Part shown: positions 55,801 through 64,000 of the stretch, piece after piece
Layout: every line of letters starts with the position of its first letter
Position numbering within the stretch: position 1 is the stretch's first letter
Source of the DNA: a virus
Length of the DNA: 64,000 nt
Reading direction: 5' to 3' (one strand)
IMG/VR virus record: IMGVR_UViG_3300010370_000030
Location: 1-64,000 of that record
The notes under the pieces: generated by a model
The model's database searches: none
What the model was told of the DNA's origin: nothing
Seen by the model: only the letters and a program-made list of their open reading frames with translations
Translations under genes and position numbers: made by a program

Positions 55801-56859
55801 GCTAGTTCTTCAAGTACGATTAACACGTTAGAGATACCTGAACTCTATACGACTCAAGGTAAATATGTTGACCTACGTAATGCCTTTGATTTTCGTCCAT
55901 ATGCTACAAACACTGCTGTTGTTACGGCAACATTGGGTTCAGCAAATACAAACCCATCAGGCGCATTCACTTTAAGTAGTGCAGAATTGTATATCCCAGC
56001 ACCTGATTCCACCATAACGTTCGATGCCACGTATTATAATAAACGTAAAGACCGTGTTGTTGTAACAAGTAACGGATCCTTTGTTGTTCTACAAGGTACG
56101 CCTGATCTTAATAATCCAAAAGCTCCAGAACAACCAGATCATTCGGTTACAATAGGCGTGCTAAGTATTCCTGCATATCCCTCGTTGCCTTCAGTTTTAA
56201 ACTCTCAGACAACAGAGTTTGCCGGTAAAGAACTTGTTTCACAAGATACGCTTTTAACTGAAAGACTTAGTAGCTCACTAGTGACGGTTGATTCAGTAAA
56301 AAATATTAATGATGCCCAACACCGCGTTTACACGATGAAAGATATTGGTTTACTTGATCGTCGTTTAAACACAATTGAAAGCACCGTGAGTTTATCAGCT
56401 ATTGAGCAAAAAATAAAAGAACTAACAATTCCAAGTAGCATAACAATAACAACAAACAGATTTAAGAACGCATTCTTTGTCGATCAGTTTAGTGATTACA
56501 CTAAATCTGATTCAACTCATCGTGAATTCAGAGCAGGTATATCGCCTGAACGTGGAGTTTTACAACCAAAGATCAATCAACTAAATATTGAGTCTGAGTT
56601 TGATTTAACGCATTCTAACACAGCCGCTTGTGTTACGAATGGATTTGCTATGTTACCGTATACGTCGGAAACACTGATCAATCAAAACATAAAGAATATT
56701 GTTCTTAACGGTGATGGACAAGAAGTAAGGTTTATAGGGTCAGGATCAATTTCACCTCCATCTTTCTCTGTGAAATTGCGTGGTGAACGTATTATTCAAG
56801 AAGATGCTCCACCACCACCGCCGCCTCCACCAAGTAGGCCGTGGTGGAAATTCTGGTAA
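52846..56859 (+). CDS. DUF4815 / VrlC-like structural protein, N-terminal part
   Basis: NVSPYYDDF...RILFKPG.AVQ.RELNQLQ; NY.APGADR; LARRTYE..GNY; RFKN.FFVD.F. Confidence 0.85.
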   Translation: MPLEKSLNVSPYYDDFNEEKDFYRILFKPGVAVQTRELNQLQALLQNQVERFGSHVFKSGTILSGVNFNYLTAYPYAKILDVQTDGQPSLPAGYVNYFVKSSLNLTARVVDYKDGLEASNPDLKTIYLRYTNSSDPDPAASSIIYSAFQPNEQLTVFGEDYPLFKINVISGGVGFSNSDTIVVQSALQLANVTGTFTNGEVITQSTTLAKGVIKAINTTAIACTTILSIAPLTADLTNTSVNSAAWTFTAPYTVVGNTSGATANVSGLIGSGATALMTTDTSGIIQSISLSNVGEDYTYLPWVTVKTSNTTATVASLDLVAQNYKAKITVANTTVNAVGTGYAFGVSEGIIYQKGHFLRVEKQSIIIDKYTTTPNNIVVGFKTTEEYVDSNEDETLLDNASGAPNYTAPGADRLLLTPVLTTLTSEQAAANIDFFALAEWKSGLPFKENRTTVYTTIGDELARRTYETHGNYIIDRFNVTTKEKATTNTTHFDVVVDPGTAYIEGYRIATKYNNYINVARSSTTTDLSSQSITVNYGNYTIVKELVGVFNFKAGASVSLYDTAKQLITNSTNTTLTVTNGTITPAGNSIGTARLRSLVLDTGDPGTAEATYRMYLFDIDMDSGYSFRDVKSIYSNDGQDGIADVVRVQDATINANVAQLYDVSRNQLVFPIEAGAVESLENISYIYRTVSDNDRLVTTSGTVQIGPLNAGFTFPYSGTLSATQEKDFVVIPTEPFQAAANITGTSISVYANGLIEGTGTTFIADLAPGDFIKCANSTAAAYFQIKSIANNTQAQLTTAATAMTAGNTYLYFPALYPISLSRTSRSISINGGANTATISLGVSANVEANAIVVYNVKRTNVSPVSKTINRDVLVKIHTANNDGSNTGPWSLGLPGVVRLKNVYLGNSTNVGTTTNTTVSDVTKYFVIDPVEDENAYRLSQLKLKNVPSTLAVNTNQFILAKVDVLTQASRGLVAIGSYDIDDTANLASSSSTINTLEIPELYTTQGKYVDLRNAFDFRPYATNTAVVTATLGSANTNPSGAFTLSSAELYIPAPDSTITFDATYYNKRKDRVVVTSNGSFVVLQGTPDLNNPKAPEQPDHSVTIGVLSIPAYPSLPSVLNSQTTEFAGKELVSQDTLLTERLSSSLVTVDSVKNINDAQHRVYTMKDIGLLDRRLNTIESTVSLSAIEQKIKELTIPSSITITTNRFKNAFFVDQFSDYTKSDSTHREFRAGISPERGVLQPKINQLNIESEFDLTHSNTAACVTNGFAMLPYTSETLINQNIKNIVLNGDGQEVRFIGSGSISPPSFSVKLRGERIIQEDAPPPPPPPPSRPWWKFW

Positions 56860-56872
56860 GGATAAGTGTTAA

Positions 56873-57352
56873 ATGGCAATACAAACAAATTTATTTTTTA
56901 CGACACGCGACCAGGTTTTTACGGTAACAGTCTATGGGCTGAGACCTTTAACAAGACATTATTGTTTTTTTGAACGCAAACTTGTTCCGACAACTCAAAT
57001 AAAACCTTTAAATGGAAATTTAGGTGAGTCAATTATTACCGATGAAAACGGATCTGTAACATTTGACTTCTATTATCAAAGTGGAGCTTCTCTCGCTGCG
57101 ACAACTGTTGCGGAAGCTCAACGGTTTGCTGCATCTATTGCAGGTACGAAGGAAATTATTGTTAGCAACATCGGTTCGTCTACGTTAGATGCAGGATACG
57201 AAAATACATCGGATTCTTTCTTTACAACACAAATCCAAATTTCTGTTTTTATTCCGTCAGATAATGAGTTTGAGACTATAAACAAACCCTATGTACCGCC
57301 GCCTCCTCCTCCTATTACAGACGCGGGATACGATCAACCTCAAGGATGGTAA
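56873..57352 (+). CDS. Structural protein (middle segment of DUF4815-type locus)
   Basis: GLRPLTRHY.FF...TDENG.V.F. Confidence 0.65.
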   Translation: MAIQTNLFFTTRDQVFTVTVYGLRPLTRHYCFFERKLVPTTQIKPLNGNLGESIITDENGSVTFDFYYQSGASLAATTVAEAQRFAASIAGTKEIIVSNIGSSTLDAGYENTSDSFFTTQIQISVFIPSDNEFETINKPYVPPPPPPITDAGYDQPQGW

Positions 57353-57372
57353 TTAATAATAAAAGGTAATAA

Positions 57373-59409
57373 ATGAGCTACGATTTAGGACAAACATTTT
57401 ATGTAGACAAAGCGGCAGTTCAAAATGCTGAGATGTGTTTTGTTACCTCTGTTGGTTTGTTTTTCAAATCAAAACCTGTCCAAGGCAAAACAGTAAGTGG
57501 TTTAGAATCACCAGGTGTCACCGTTGCTTTGTGTAGTGTTAAAGAAGATGGGACACCTAATATAGGTAGTTCACCGATAGATATAGCCCGTAAAGAATAC
57601 GCCGATATATCTGTAAGTGCTACGGGTTCTACAGAAACGACTTTTATATTTGCTAAGCCGATATGTATCGATACTAATCGAACATATTGTTTCCTTATAG
57701 CTTTTGACGGTAATGATACGGATTATGAAATATTTGCAAATAAAGCCGGCAAACTAGCTGTTTCATCGACGTCGATTTCACAGGTCTCATCAGGCATTGT
57801 TGATGGTAATGCCTACAAAATAACAAATGGTAACGTTCTTACTCCTCTGACCGATACAGATATCACATTTAAAGTTAAAGTAGCTAAATTCACCGAGCTC
57901 ACACAAACGATAAAGATTAACAATCGTCCCTATGAGTTTTTAACCGTTTCTGGTGTTACTGGAACATTTAAAGGTGGTGAAGAAGTTTATGGCTACGGAA
58001 CAGGTGTAGGGAACGTCACTATCACACAAACGACATCTCTTGTTGGTGACGGTACAAATTTTACTGCACAGTTATCCGTGGGAGATAAAATCAAGATAGA
58101 AAGCGCTAACGGTGATTTGGTTAATATTCGCGTTGTAAACTCTATTACTAACACAACACATTTGGTAATGGATCGCCCAGGAAGTTTTATTGATAGTGAG
58201 GCAACGTGTAATACCGCACCAACAGGTATTCTTTATGAATATGATCCAATAAATGATTTAATGGTGATACAAGATTCAGACTCAATATCTGACAACTACA
58301 GAAACTGGGGTGATTCAGGTATCATCATAGGTGTGGATTCTAGAGCTTCGGCAGATATAACTAGTGTAGCGAATACCCGTGTTAACAACATTATACCCAA
58401 CTATACGGCTACAACACCTCCACAAACATCACTGTCGCTTACGGCTAATTTTGCTAACACGAGTGGAGGAGTGAGCTCCACGAGGAAAGTAACAGCAAAG
58501 CTCGGTAAGCGAGTGTTCATCAATACGTATGACGCAATGCTGGCTTCTAGGACCCGTGAAGTCAAGGCAGCTACGCCTTTCAAATCGTTTGAAGGTGAAC
58601 TCGTATTGACAACATCCAATCCTTACTCTAGTCCCTTTGTACGTGAAAATGATTTGGATTTATTTGTAGAAAGATATAGCGTTAACAATAATACAGCAAG
58701 CGAATCATCAAACAGAGGGTCTGCTTCAGCTCGTTACATTGGAAATCAAGTAACGTTAACAAATAATCAATTTGCTGAAGATATGAAAATCTATCTCAAA
58801 GCATTTAAGCCTTCAAACACTGATATTAAAGTGTATGTTAAATTTTATAACACGACAGATATTGAATCATTTGACATGAAGAGTTGGACAGAACTATCGT
58901 TAAATTCAACTTCGGTAAGTGTAACATCAAACCCTTCAAACATTGATGATTTTAAAGATTTAGGGTTTGATGTACCGTTTTATCCACCTGGTACGCAAAT
59001 CACAGGTAATTTTGCTGTCAACGCGAATGGTTTAATCGAAGGGTCATCGGGTACAGTAAGTAGTAACGTAGCTGTGGGGGATGTTGTTCGGGTTTATCAT
59101 CCAGCTAATGCTAGCATATACGTTGTAGATTCTGTGGTCGCAACTAATTCTTCTTCTTTAACCTTGTCGAGAGGGATTTCAAATACAACCATTACAAACC
59201 TACAATCGGGATTTTATGTAGACAAGACTACAGACAAAGAGGTTGCTTTCCTGGATAAACAAAATTTTAACACATTAACATATTTTAATAGTTCATTATC
59301 TAAGTTCAAGACATACAACGCTTTTGCTGTGAAGATTGTGTTATTGTCTTCGGATAATACAAATATACCATTTGTTGATGATCTACAGGCTGTGGCGGTG
59401 TCAGCGTGA
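57373..59409 (+). CDS. Structural protein (C-terminal segment of DUF4815-type locus)
   Basis: LGQTF...VTSVGLFF.SKP...D.TFK...FAVKIVL...P...DL.AVA. Confidence 0.75.
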   Translation: MSYDLGQTFYVDKAAVQNAEMCFVTSVGLFFKSKPVQGKTVSGLESPGVTVALCSVKEDGTPNIGSSPIDIARKEYADISVSATGSTETTFIFAKPICIDTNRTYCFLIAFDGNDTDYEIFANKAGKLAVSSTSISQVSSGIVDGNAYKITNGNVLTPLTDTDITFKVKVAKFTELTQTIKINNRPYEFLTVSGVTGTFKGGEEVYGYGTGVGNVTITQTTSLVGDGTNFTAQLSVGDKIKIESANGDLVNIRVVNSITNTTHLVMDRPGSFIDSEATCNTAPTGILYEYDPINDLMVIQDSDSISDNYRNWGDSGIIIGVDSRASADITSVANTRVNNIIPNYTATTPPQTSLSLTANFANTSGGVSSTRKVTAKLGKRVFINTYDAMLASRTREVKAATPFKSFEGELVLTTSNPYSSPFVRENDLDLFVERYSVNNNTASESSNRGSASARYIGNQVTLTNNQFAEDMKIYLKAFKPSNTDIKVYVKFYNTTDIESFDMKSWTELSLNSTSVSVTSNPSNIDDFKDLGFDVPFYPPGTQITGNFAVNANGLIEGSSGTVSSNVAVGDVVRVYHPANASIYVVDSVVATNSSSLTLSRGISNTTITNLQSGFYVDKTTDKEVAFLDKQNFNTLTYFNSSLSKFKTYNAFAVKIVLLSSDNTNIPFVDDLQAVAVSA

Positions 59410-59639
59410 ATTATCGTCCAGATACAAGCGACTCTAATTATATTCGAGATCCTCTGTCCAAAGCTGTTCTAAATATTGATATGGCAGGATATGAACGGTT
59501 CAAAACGGAACGAGACTTCATACTAAGGCAGCAACAACTTGAAAATAGTGTGCATGATCTTAAAAAAGACTTGAATGAATTCAAAGACTTGATTAAACAG
59601 TTAATTAACGGAAACACAAATGGCAAGACCAATAGCTAA
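59406..59639 (+). CDS. Small coiled-coil virion-associated protein
   Basis: RDP.SKAVLN.D...LK.DL.E.K.LI; typical position after DUF4815 locus. Confidence 0.75.
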   Translation: MNYRPDTSDSNYIRDPLSKAVLNIDMAGYERFKTERDFILRQQQLENSVHDLKKDLNEFKDLIKQLINGNTNGKTNS

Positions 59640-61692
59640 TGTTGTTATATCTACGGATTCATTTGCAACGTGGATTGGTATTACTAATCGGATAGCGGAC
59701 ACTATTACGACGCAGGCCTTAACAGCAAACAATACCGCTAATGGGGCTAATGTTTCTGGTAATTCACAACTGATAGGTATTTTTGCTGCAAACACTATAG
59801 CTGCTGGCACAACCCTACGTGGTGGTACAGTTAACGCATCGGCTAATTTAAATGTAACATCAAATGCTTACTTTACAGGAAGTAATACGGCATTTGCTAG
59901 CAACGTTGCCATCTACAATTCGACAGGATATTTTTATTCAAACACACAAACGTTTTACGTAGCTGGTACACTTGCCAATGTAACCGCAAACAGCTACTTT
60001 AATTCCAACTTCTTCATTGCAAACACGGTTATAAACCGTGTACAAGGTGGTGGATTTCAAGTAACTTCAAACACACTACTTTCTTCAGCTAATGTGTTTG
60101 TTAACGCAACGGCAACAACAATACAAAACGGCCAGGCGACAATAACATCTAACGTCTCTATTGAGAATACAAATACCAATATTAATGCAACAGCTTTTGG
60201 TGTTCAAGGTGTTAGCACTATAACAGGTAACACTACATTAAAAGGTAATACATCTACTAATAGTATTCAGCTCACTGGCAATTCGACTGTAACAGCTTTA
60301 TCGGTAAGTGTCAACAGCGCTTCTGTTGTGGGTAATTTGGCTGTGACAAATGCTACTTCGTTATCCAATACGTTATCTATTAGTGGCAACACAACGATAT
60401 CAAACACGTTAGTTGTTACTGGTAATGTAACGTTCTCAAATACCCTATCAGTTGTTGGTGCAGCTACACTGTCGAATACATTAGCCGTGACAAATGCAGT
60501 AACTTTGTCAAACACGTTGTTGACGGTAGGTAATGTAACGTTTTCGAATACATTAGCTGTAACCGGTGCTGTCACAATGTCTAATACGCTAGCCGTGACA
60601 AATGCAGCTACGTTTTCAAATACAGTATCCGTTACTGGTAATGCTACGTTTTCAAACACAATATCTGTTACGGGCGCTGCAACACTTTCAAATACACTGG
60701 CAGTGACAAATGCGGCAACATTATCTAACACGCTGTCTGTTACTGGTAATGTTGCGTTTTCAAACACATTATCCGTTACAGGTAATACTACATTATCAAA
60801 CACATTAGCTGTAACTGGTGCTGTAACGTTATCAAATACATTAGCCGTTACAGGTACTGGGACGGTGAACGGTGCATTCACCGTTAACAATACAGCTTCT
60901 GTAGGCAACACAACAATAACAGGATTTGTTAACGTATCATCAACGGCAAATGTTGGTGGTAATGTAAATTTAAGAGGCACTCTCACTGTTAACGGTGCTG
61001 TGACAGTACCTAATACATTAGCTGTAGGAAATACTAGTGTTACTGGTTTTGTGTCTGTGACACAAACATTGGGTGTAACTAACGCTGTTACTTTCTCCAA
61101 CACACTAGCGGTCACGGGTAATGTAACGTTTTCTAATACGTTAGCGGTTACAGGTGCAACGACTTTATCTAATACGTTAGCTGTTATAGGTAATGCGACG
61201 TTCTCAAATACAATATCCGTCACTGGTAACGCAACATTCTCAAATACGATATCTGTAACCGGTAATACTACGCTATCAAATACATTAGCCGTAACAGGTG
61301 CTACGACTCTATCGAACACACTCAGTGTTGCTGGTAATACAACACTCCAAACAGATCTTGAATTGTGCGTTGTATCGACTACACTTAATACAGTCACTGT
61401 AACTCCACAAGATGTGTTGGTGTTAACAAAGCCTGTAGGATATAGAGCTGCAAAAATAACTGCAGCAGTGACAAGTCAAAGTGGTGCCAATGTATCAACA
61501 CAGGAAATGATCCTCGCACATTCAGCTTCTGCTAATGATGTAACATTGACAATTTATGGTACAGTAGCTGCTCCAGCAACAGCTAATCTGGGTAGTTTTT
61601 CTGCTGCTATAAATACAACAGCACTAGCGCTAAAGTTTCAACAAAACGGTGCTAGCTCGCTTGTAAAAATGTTCATTCAGTTTATCAAATAA
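59620..61692 (+). CDS. Tail fibre-like protein with 12-aa repeats
   Basis: N-terminal DSFATW..ITN; many SNT[LI][AS]VTG[NA]xT[LF] repeats. Confidence 0.8.
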   Translation: MARPIANVVISTDSFATWIGITNRIADTITTQALTANNTANGANVSGNSQLIGIFAANTIAAGTTLRGGTVNASANLNVTSNAYFTGSNTAFASNVAIYNSTGYFYSNTQTFYVAGTLANVTANSYFNSNFFIANTVINRVQGGGFQVTSNTLLSSANVFVNATATTIQNGQATITSNVSIENTNTNINATAFGVQGVSTITGNTTLKGNTSTNSIQLTGNSTVTALSVSVNSASVVGNLAVTNATSLSNTLSISGNTTISNTLVVTGNVTFSNTLSVVGAATLSNTLAVTNAVTLSNTLLTVGNVTFSNTLAVTGAVTMSNTLAVTNAATFSNTVSVTGNATFSNTISVTGAATLSNTLAVTNAATLSNTLSVTGNVAFSNTLSVTGNTTLSNTLAVTGAVTLSNTLAVTGTGTVNGAFTVNNTASVGNTTITGFVNVSSTANVGGNVNLRGTLTVNGAVTVPNTLAVGNTSVTGFVSVTQTLGVTNAVTFSNTLAVTGNVTFSNTLAVTGATTLSNTLAVIGNATFSNTISVTGNATFSNTISVTGNTTLSNTLAVTGATTLSNTLSVAGNTTLQTDLELCVVSTTLNTVTVTPQDVLVLTKPVGYRAAKITAAVTSQSGANVSTQEMILAHSASANDVTLTIYGTVAAPATANLGSFSAAINTTALALKFQQNGASSLVKMFIQFIK

Positions 61693-61700
61693 GGTAAGTA

Positions 61701-63494
61701 ATGGCTGATACGTCAAGCAATGTTCAATTTAAGGTTGAAAATGGTCTCCTTGTTTTAGGTACCGCTAACGTTGCTGGACCAGTGGTGTTCAATGGCAACG
61801 TTGACATTAACGGGTCATATCTTTCTGTTACGGCAAACCTTCAAAGTAGCCTGATCCCATTAAATAACACCTATTCACTTGGTAACGCAACGTCGCGCTG
61901 GGCATTGAGTGCAATGGGTGGTAGCTTCGTTGAAAGTGTTTCAGTTACCAACACCTTATCAACAGGTAATACAACAATAACCGGCTTTGTGAACGTATCT
62001 TCCACAGCAAACATTGGTGGTGCAACAACACTAAGAGATACGTTGACTGTTGACGGTGCTGTAACGATCGCCAATACCCTAGCTACAGGTAATACGTCCA
62101 TAACTGGTACATTGGCAGCCAACGATACAACTATAACAGGGTTTGTTAATGTATCTTCAACAGCCAATGTCGGTGGCGCCACGTCGTTACGAAGTACACT
62201 GGTTGTAAACGGTGCTGTAACAATAGCCAATACGTTAGGTACAGGTAACACATCTATAACAGGGTTCGCAACAGTATCCACAACCCTCACAGTTACTGGA
62301 GCAACGACACTTTCTAATACGCTCTCTGTAACAGGAAACACTACTCTTTCAAACACGCTAGCTGTCACTGGTAATACATCTCTTTCTAATAGTTTAATCG
62401 TAACTGGTAACACAACCTTATCCAATACGCTGGCTGTAACTGGTAACGTCGTTCTATCGAACACGATAGCTGTTACTGGTAACGTGACGTTTTCTAATAC
62501 GTTAGCGGTTACAGGTAATGCTACTTTTTCAAACACTATTAATATTGCAGGTATCGCGACCTTACGTAGTGCTGCCAATGTGGTTGGAGCAGCTGCAGCC
62601 TTCAATGCATTGACAGGGGTTGCAAACACGACGGAGTTCATCACCACAACAGCAGCACATGGCTTTAGTAATGGTGATCTGGTTCAGTACATTGTATCGA
62701 CTGGCAATACAGCTGTGACAGGTCTTGCAAATGGAACAAGCTACTACGTGGTTGAGGCAAATTCAACCGCATTTAAGTTATCCACGTCGTATGGTGGATC
62801 AGCCATAAATCTAACCGCCAGTGCTAGTGAAGTTGGACACACTCTTACGCCCCAACGAATTGTTCTATCAACGAATGGTAATATTGACAGTTCGTTAGGA
62901 TTAGCTAACGTTGGCTCTTTACGTGTATTAGGGACCGCTGTTGTAAACGGTGCAGTAACGCTAGCTAGTACGTTAGGTGTTAATGGAGCAGCAACATTTT
63001 CAAACACATTATCCGTAACAGGTAATGCGACCCTGTCAAACACGCTTGCTGTTACTGGTGCAACGACGCTATCAAATACACTTGTTGTTTCGGGTGACGC
63101 AACATTTGACACAGATTTGCTTTTCATTGATGCAGTAAACAATAGGATTGGATTTAAGAACACATCACCAAGTTCAACCGATCTAATAACTATATCTGGT
63201 AACACAGTACTTACTGGTTTAAGTGCAGCTATTCGTTTCCTATCGTCAAACGCAACACATAATGCGTCTATTACAATAGCCGGTAACGCAACAAATACAC
63301 GTACGACGTTTACTACATACGAAGCGAACGCAACAGCAAGTGACGGTGGTTTTATTTTCCAGGCAGCAAACGGAACAACAACCACATCTGTTCTAGCTTT
63401 TAATCAAACTGAGCTAAAGTATAAAACTGGTAATGTTGCACATGCAGGAAATTTTGGGATTTACGATGTGAACGGTACGCGGCTAGGACCATGA
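61701..63494 (+). CDS. Tail fibre-like protein 2 with 12-aa repeats
   Basis: FKVENGL start; same repeats; one HGFSNGD module. Confidence 0.8.
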   Translation: MADTSSNVQFKVENGLLVLGTANVAGPVVFNGNVDINGSYLSVTANLQSSLIPLNNTYSLGNATSRWALSAMGGSFVESVSVTNTLSTGNTTITGFVNVSSTANIGGATTLRDTLTVDGAVTIANTLATGNTSITGTLAANDTTITGFVNVSSTANVGGATSLRSTLVVNGAVTIANTLGTGNTSITGFATVSTTLTVTGATTLSNTLSVTGNTTLSNTLAVTGNTSLSNSLIVTGNTTLSNTLAVTGNVVLSNTIAVTGNVTFSNTLAVTGNATFSNTINIAGIATLRSAANVVGAAAAFNALTGVANTTEFITTTAAHGFSNGDLVQYIVSTGNTAVTGLANGTSYYVVEANSTAFKLSTSYGGSAINLTASASEVGHTLTPQRIVLSTNGNIDSSLGLANVGSLRVLGTAVVNGAVTLASTLGVNGAATFSNTLSVTGNATLSNTLAVTGATTLSNTLVVSGDATFDTDLLFIDAVNNRIGFKNTSPSSTDLITISGNTVLTGLSAAIRFLSSNATHNASITIAGNATNTRTTFTTYEANATASDGGFIFQAANGTTTTSVLAFNQTELKYKTGNVAHAGNFGIYDVNGTRLGP

Positions 63495-63495
63495 A

Positions 63496-64000
63496 ATGGC
63501 AAGACCACTTAGAGCAAGATATGTTACAGCAAGTACAAGTGATGGTGTTCAGGAGATGTCGGATAGTGACATCAATGACCTTGTTATTCCTAGGATAACC
63601 AACTTATTTTACGCTGCATCGAATACATCCGGCTACGGTAACAAACTCGAACTAAGAACTACACCACCAACTTGGAATTATGTTACTGGTGGGACTGTTC
63701 TTGATGTGTTTCCAACAGCTTTACCACCCATCGGGACACATCCAGTAACTTCTTCGTCAACAACATACACGTTGTACCAAAATCTTGACACTGCATTGAC
63801 AACAAACTTTGATCTTATAACCAAACCTGTTAAAACAGAGGCAAGTGGCGGTGTTCAAAAAATCCAGCAATTCTCAAACAATGATATTAGAGACGATATT
63901 CACAGCAAAGTTATTGCCGAAATATCTGCTGGAGCACAGGGAGCTTACTGGCTTGGAACTTCGCCACCAGGAACAGGCACGTGGATTATCGTATCTTCGA
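63496..64000 (+). CDS. Structural / fibre protein (3' partial)
   Basis: MARPLRARY...GVQEMSD...IGTHPV; open to window end; AGGA RBS. Confidence 0.7.
   Translation, partial: MARPLRARYVTASTSDGVQEMSDSDINDLVIPRITNLFYAASNTSGYGNKLELRTTPPTWNYVTGGTVLDVFPTALPPIGTHPVTSSSTTYTLYQNLDTALTTNFDLITKPVKTEASGGVQKIQQFSNNDIRDDIHSKVIAEISAGAQGAYWLGTSPPGTGTWIIVSS

Noticed and set aside
60267-63385. Long antisense ORFs in the fibre genes
   Set aside because: Repeat codon bias removes stops on the opposite strand; they mirror the sense repeats
30440-64000. Stop-codon reassignment
   Set aside because: Core genes are full length in the standard code and no suppressor anticodon (CTA, TTA, TCA) was found

Overview
A 64-kb segment of a large T4-like myovirus genome. 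The likely host is a betaproteobacterium, inferred from the tmRNA tag ANEERFALAA. Layout from left to right: (1) 1-880, two 2OG-Fe(II) oxygenase-like genes. (2) 880-2100, a mostly non-coding region with short repeats that contains the strongest anomaly in the window: 505 nt (1360-1864) with no G on the + strand. This stretch carries a complete minus-strand unit (C-free version of the phage early promoter, RBS, 129-aa highly acidic ORF with no Ala/Pro/Thr/His/Gln), followed by a terminator whose stem holds three of the only four Gs in 1167-1864. (3) 2075-7250, a GC-richer array of small genes behind repeated GTTGAC-TGGTCT-(-10) stem-loop promoters, closed by a palindrome-dense GC element. (4) 7280-16800, many small hypothetical genes (a four-member paralog family, TerC, SleB hydrolase, HExxH peptidase, Xre/MbcA-like protein). 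(5) 16800-30460, an auxiliary region with two fatty-acid desaturases, a ketoacyl synthase, many oxygenases, radical SAM, methyltransferase, DUF3445, a circularly permuted two-piece tmRNA and 13 tRNAs, two of which have atypical variable arms. (6) gp33, gp59, gp32. (7) 32256-64000, the T4-type tail and baseplate module, including a candidate -1 frameshift fusing gp26 and gp51, an aromatic tetrapeptide-repeat insertion in gp7, and 12-aa-repeat fibres. Family assignments come from motif recognition only; no searches were run.
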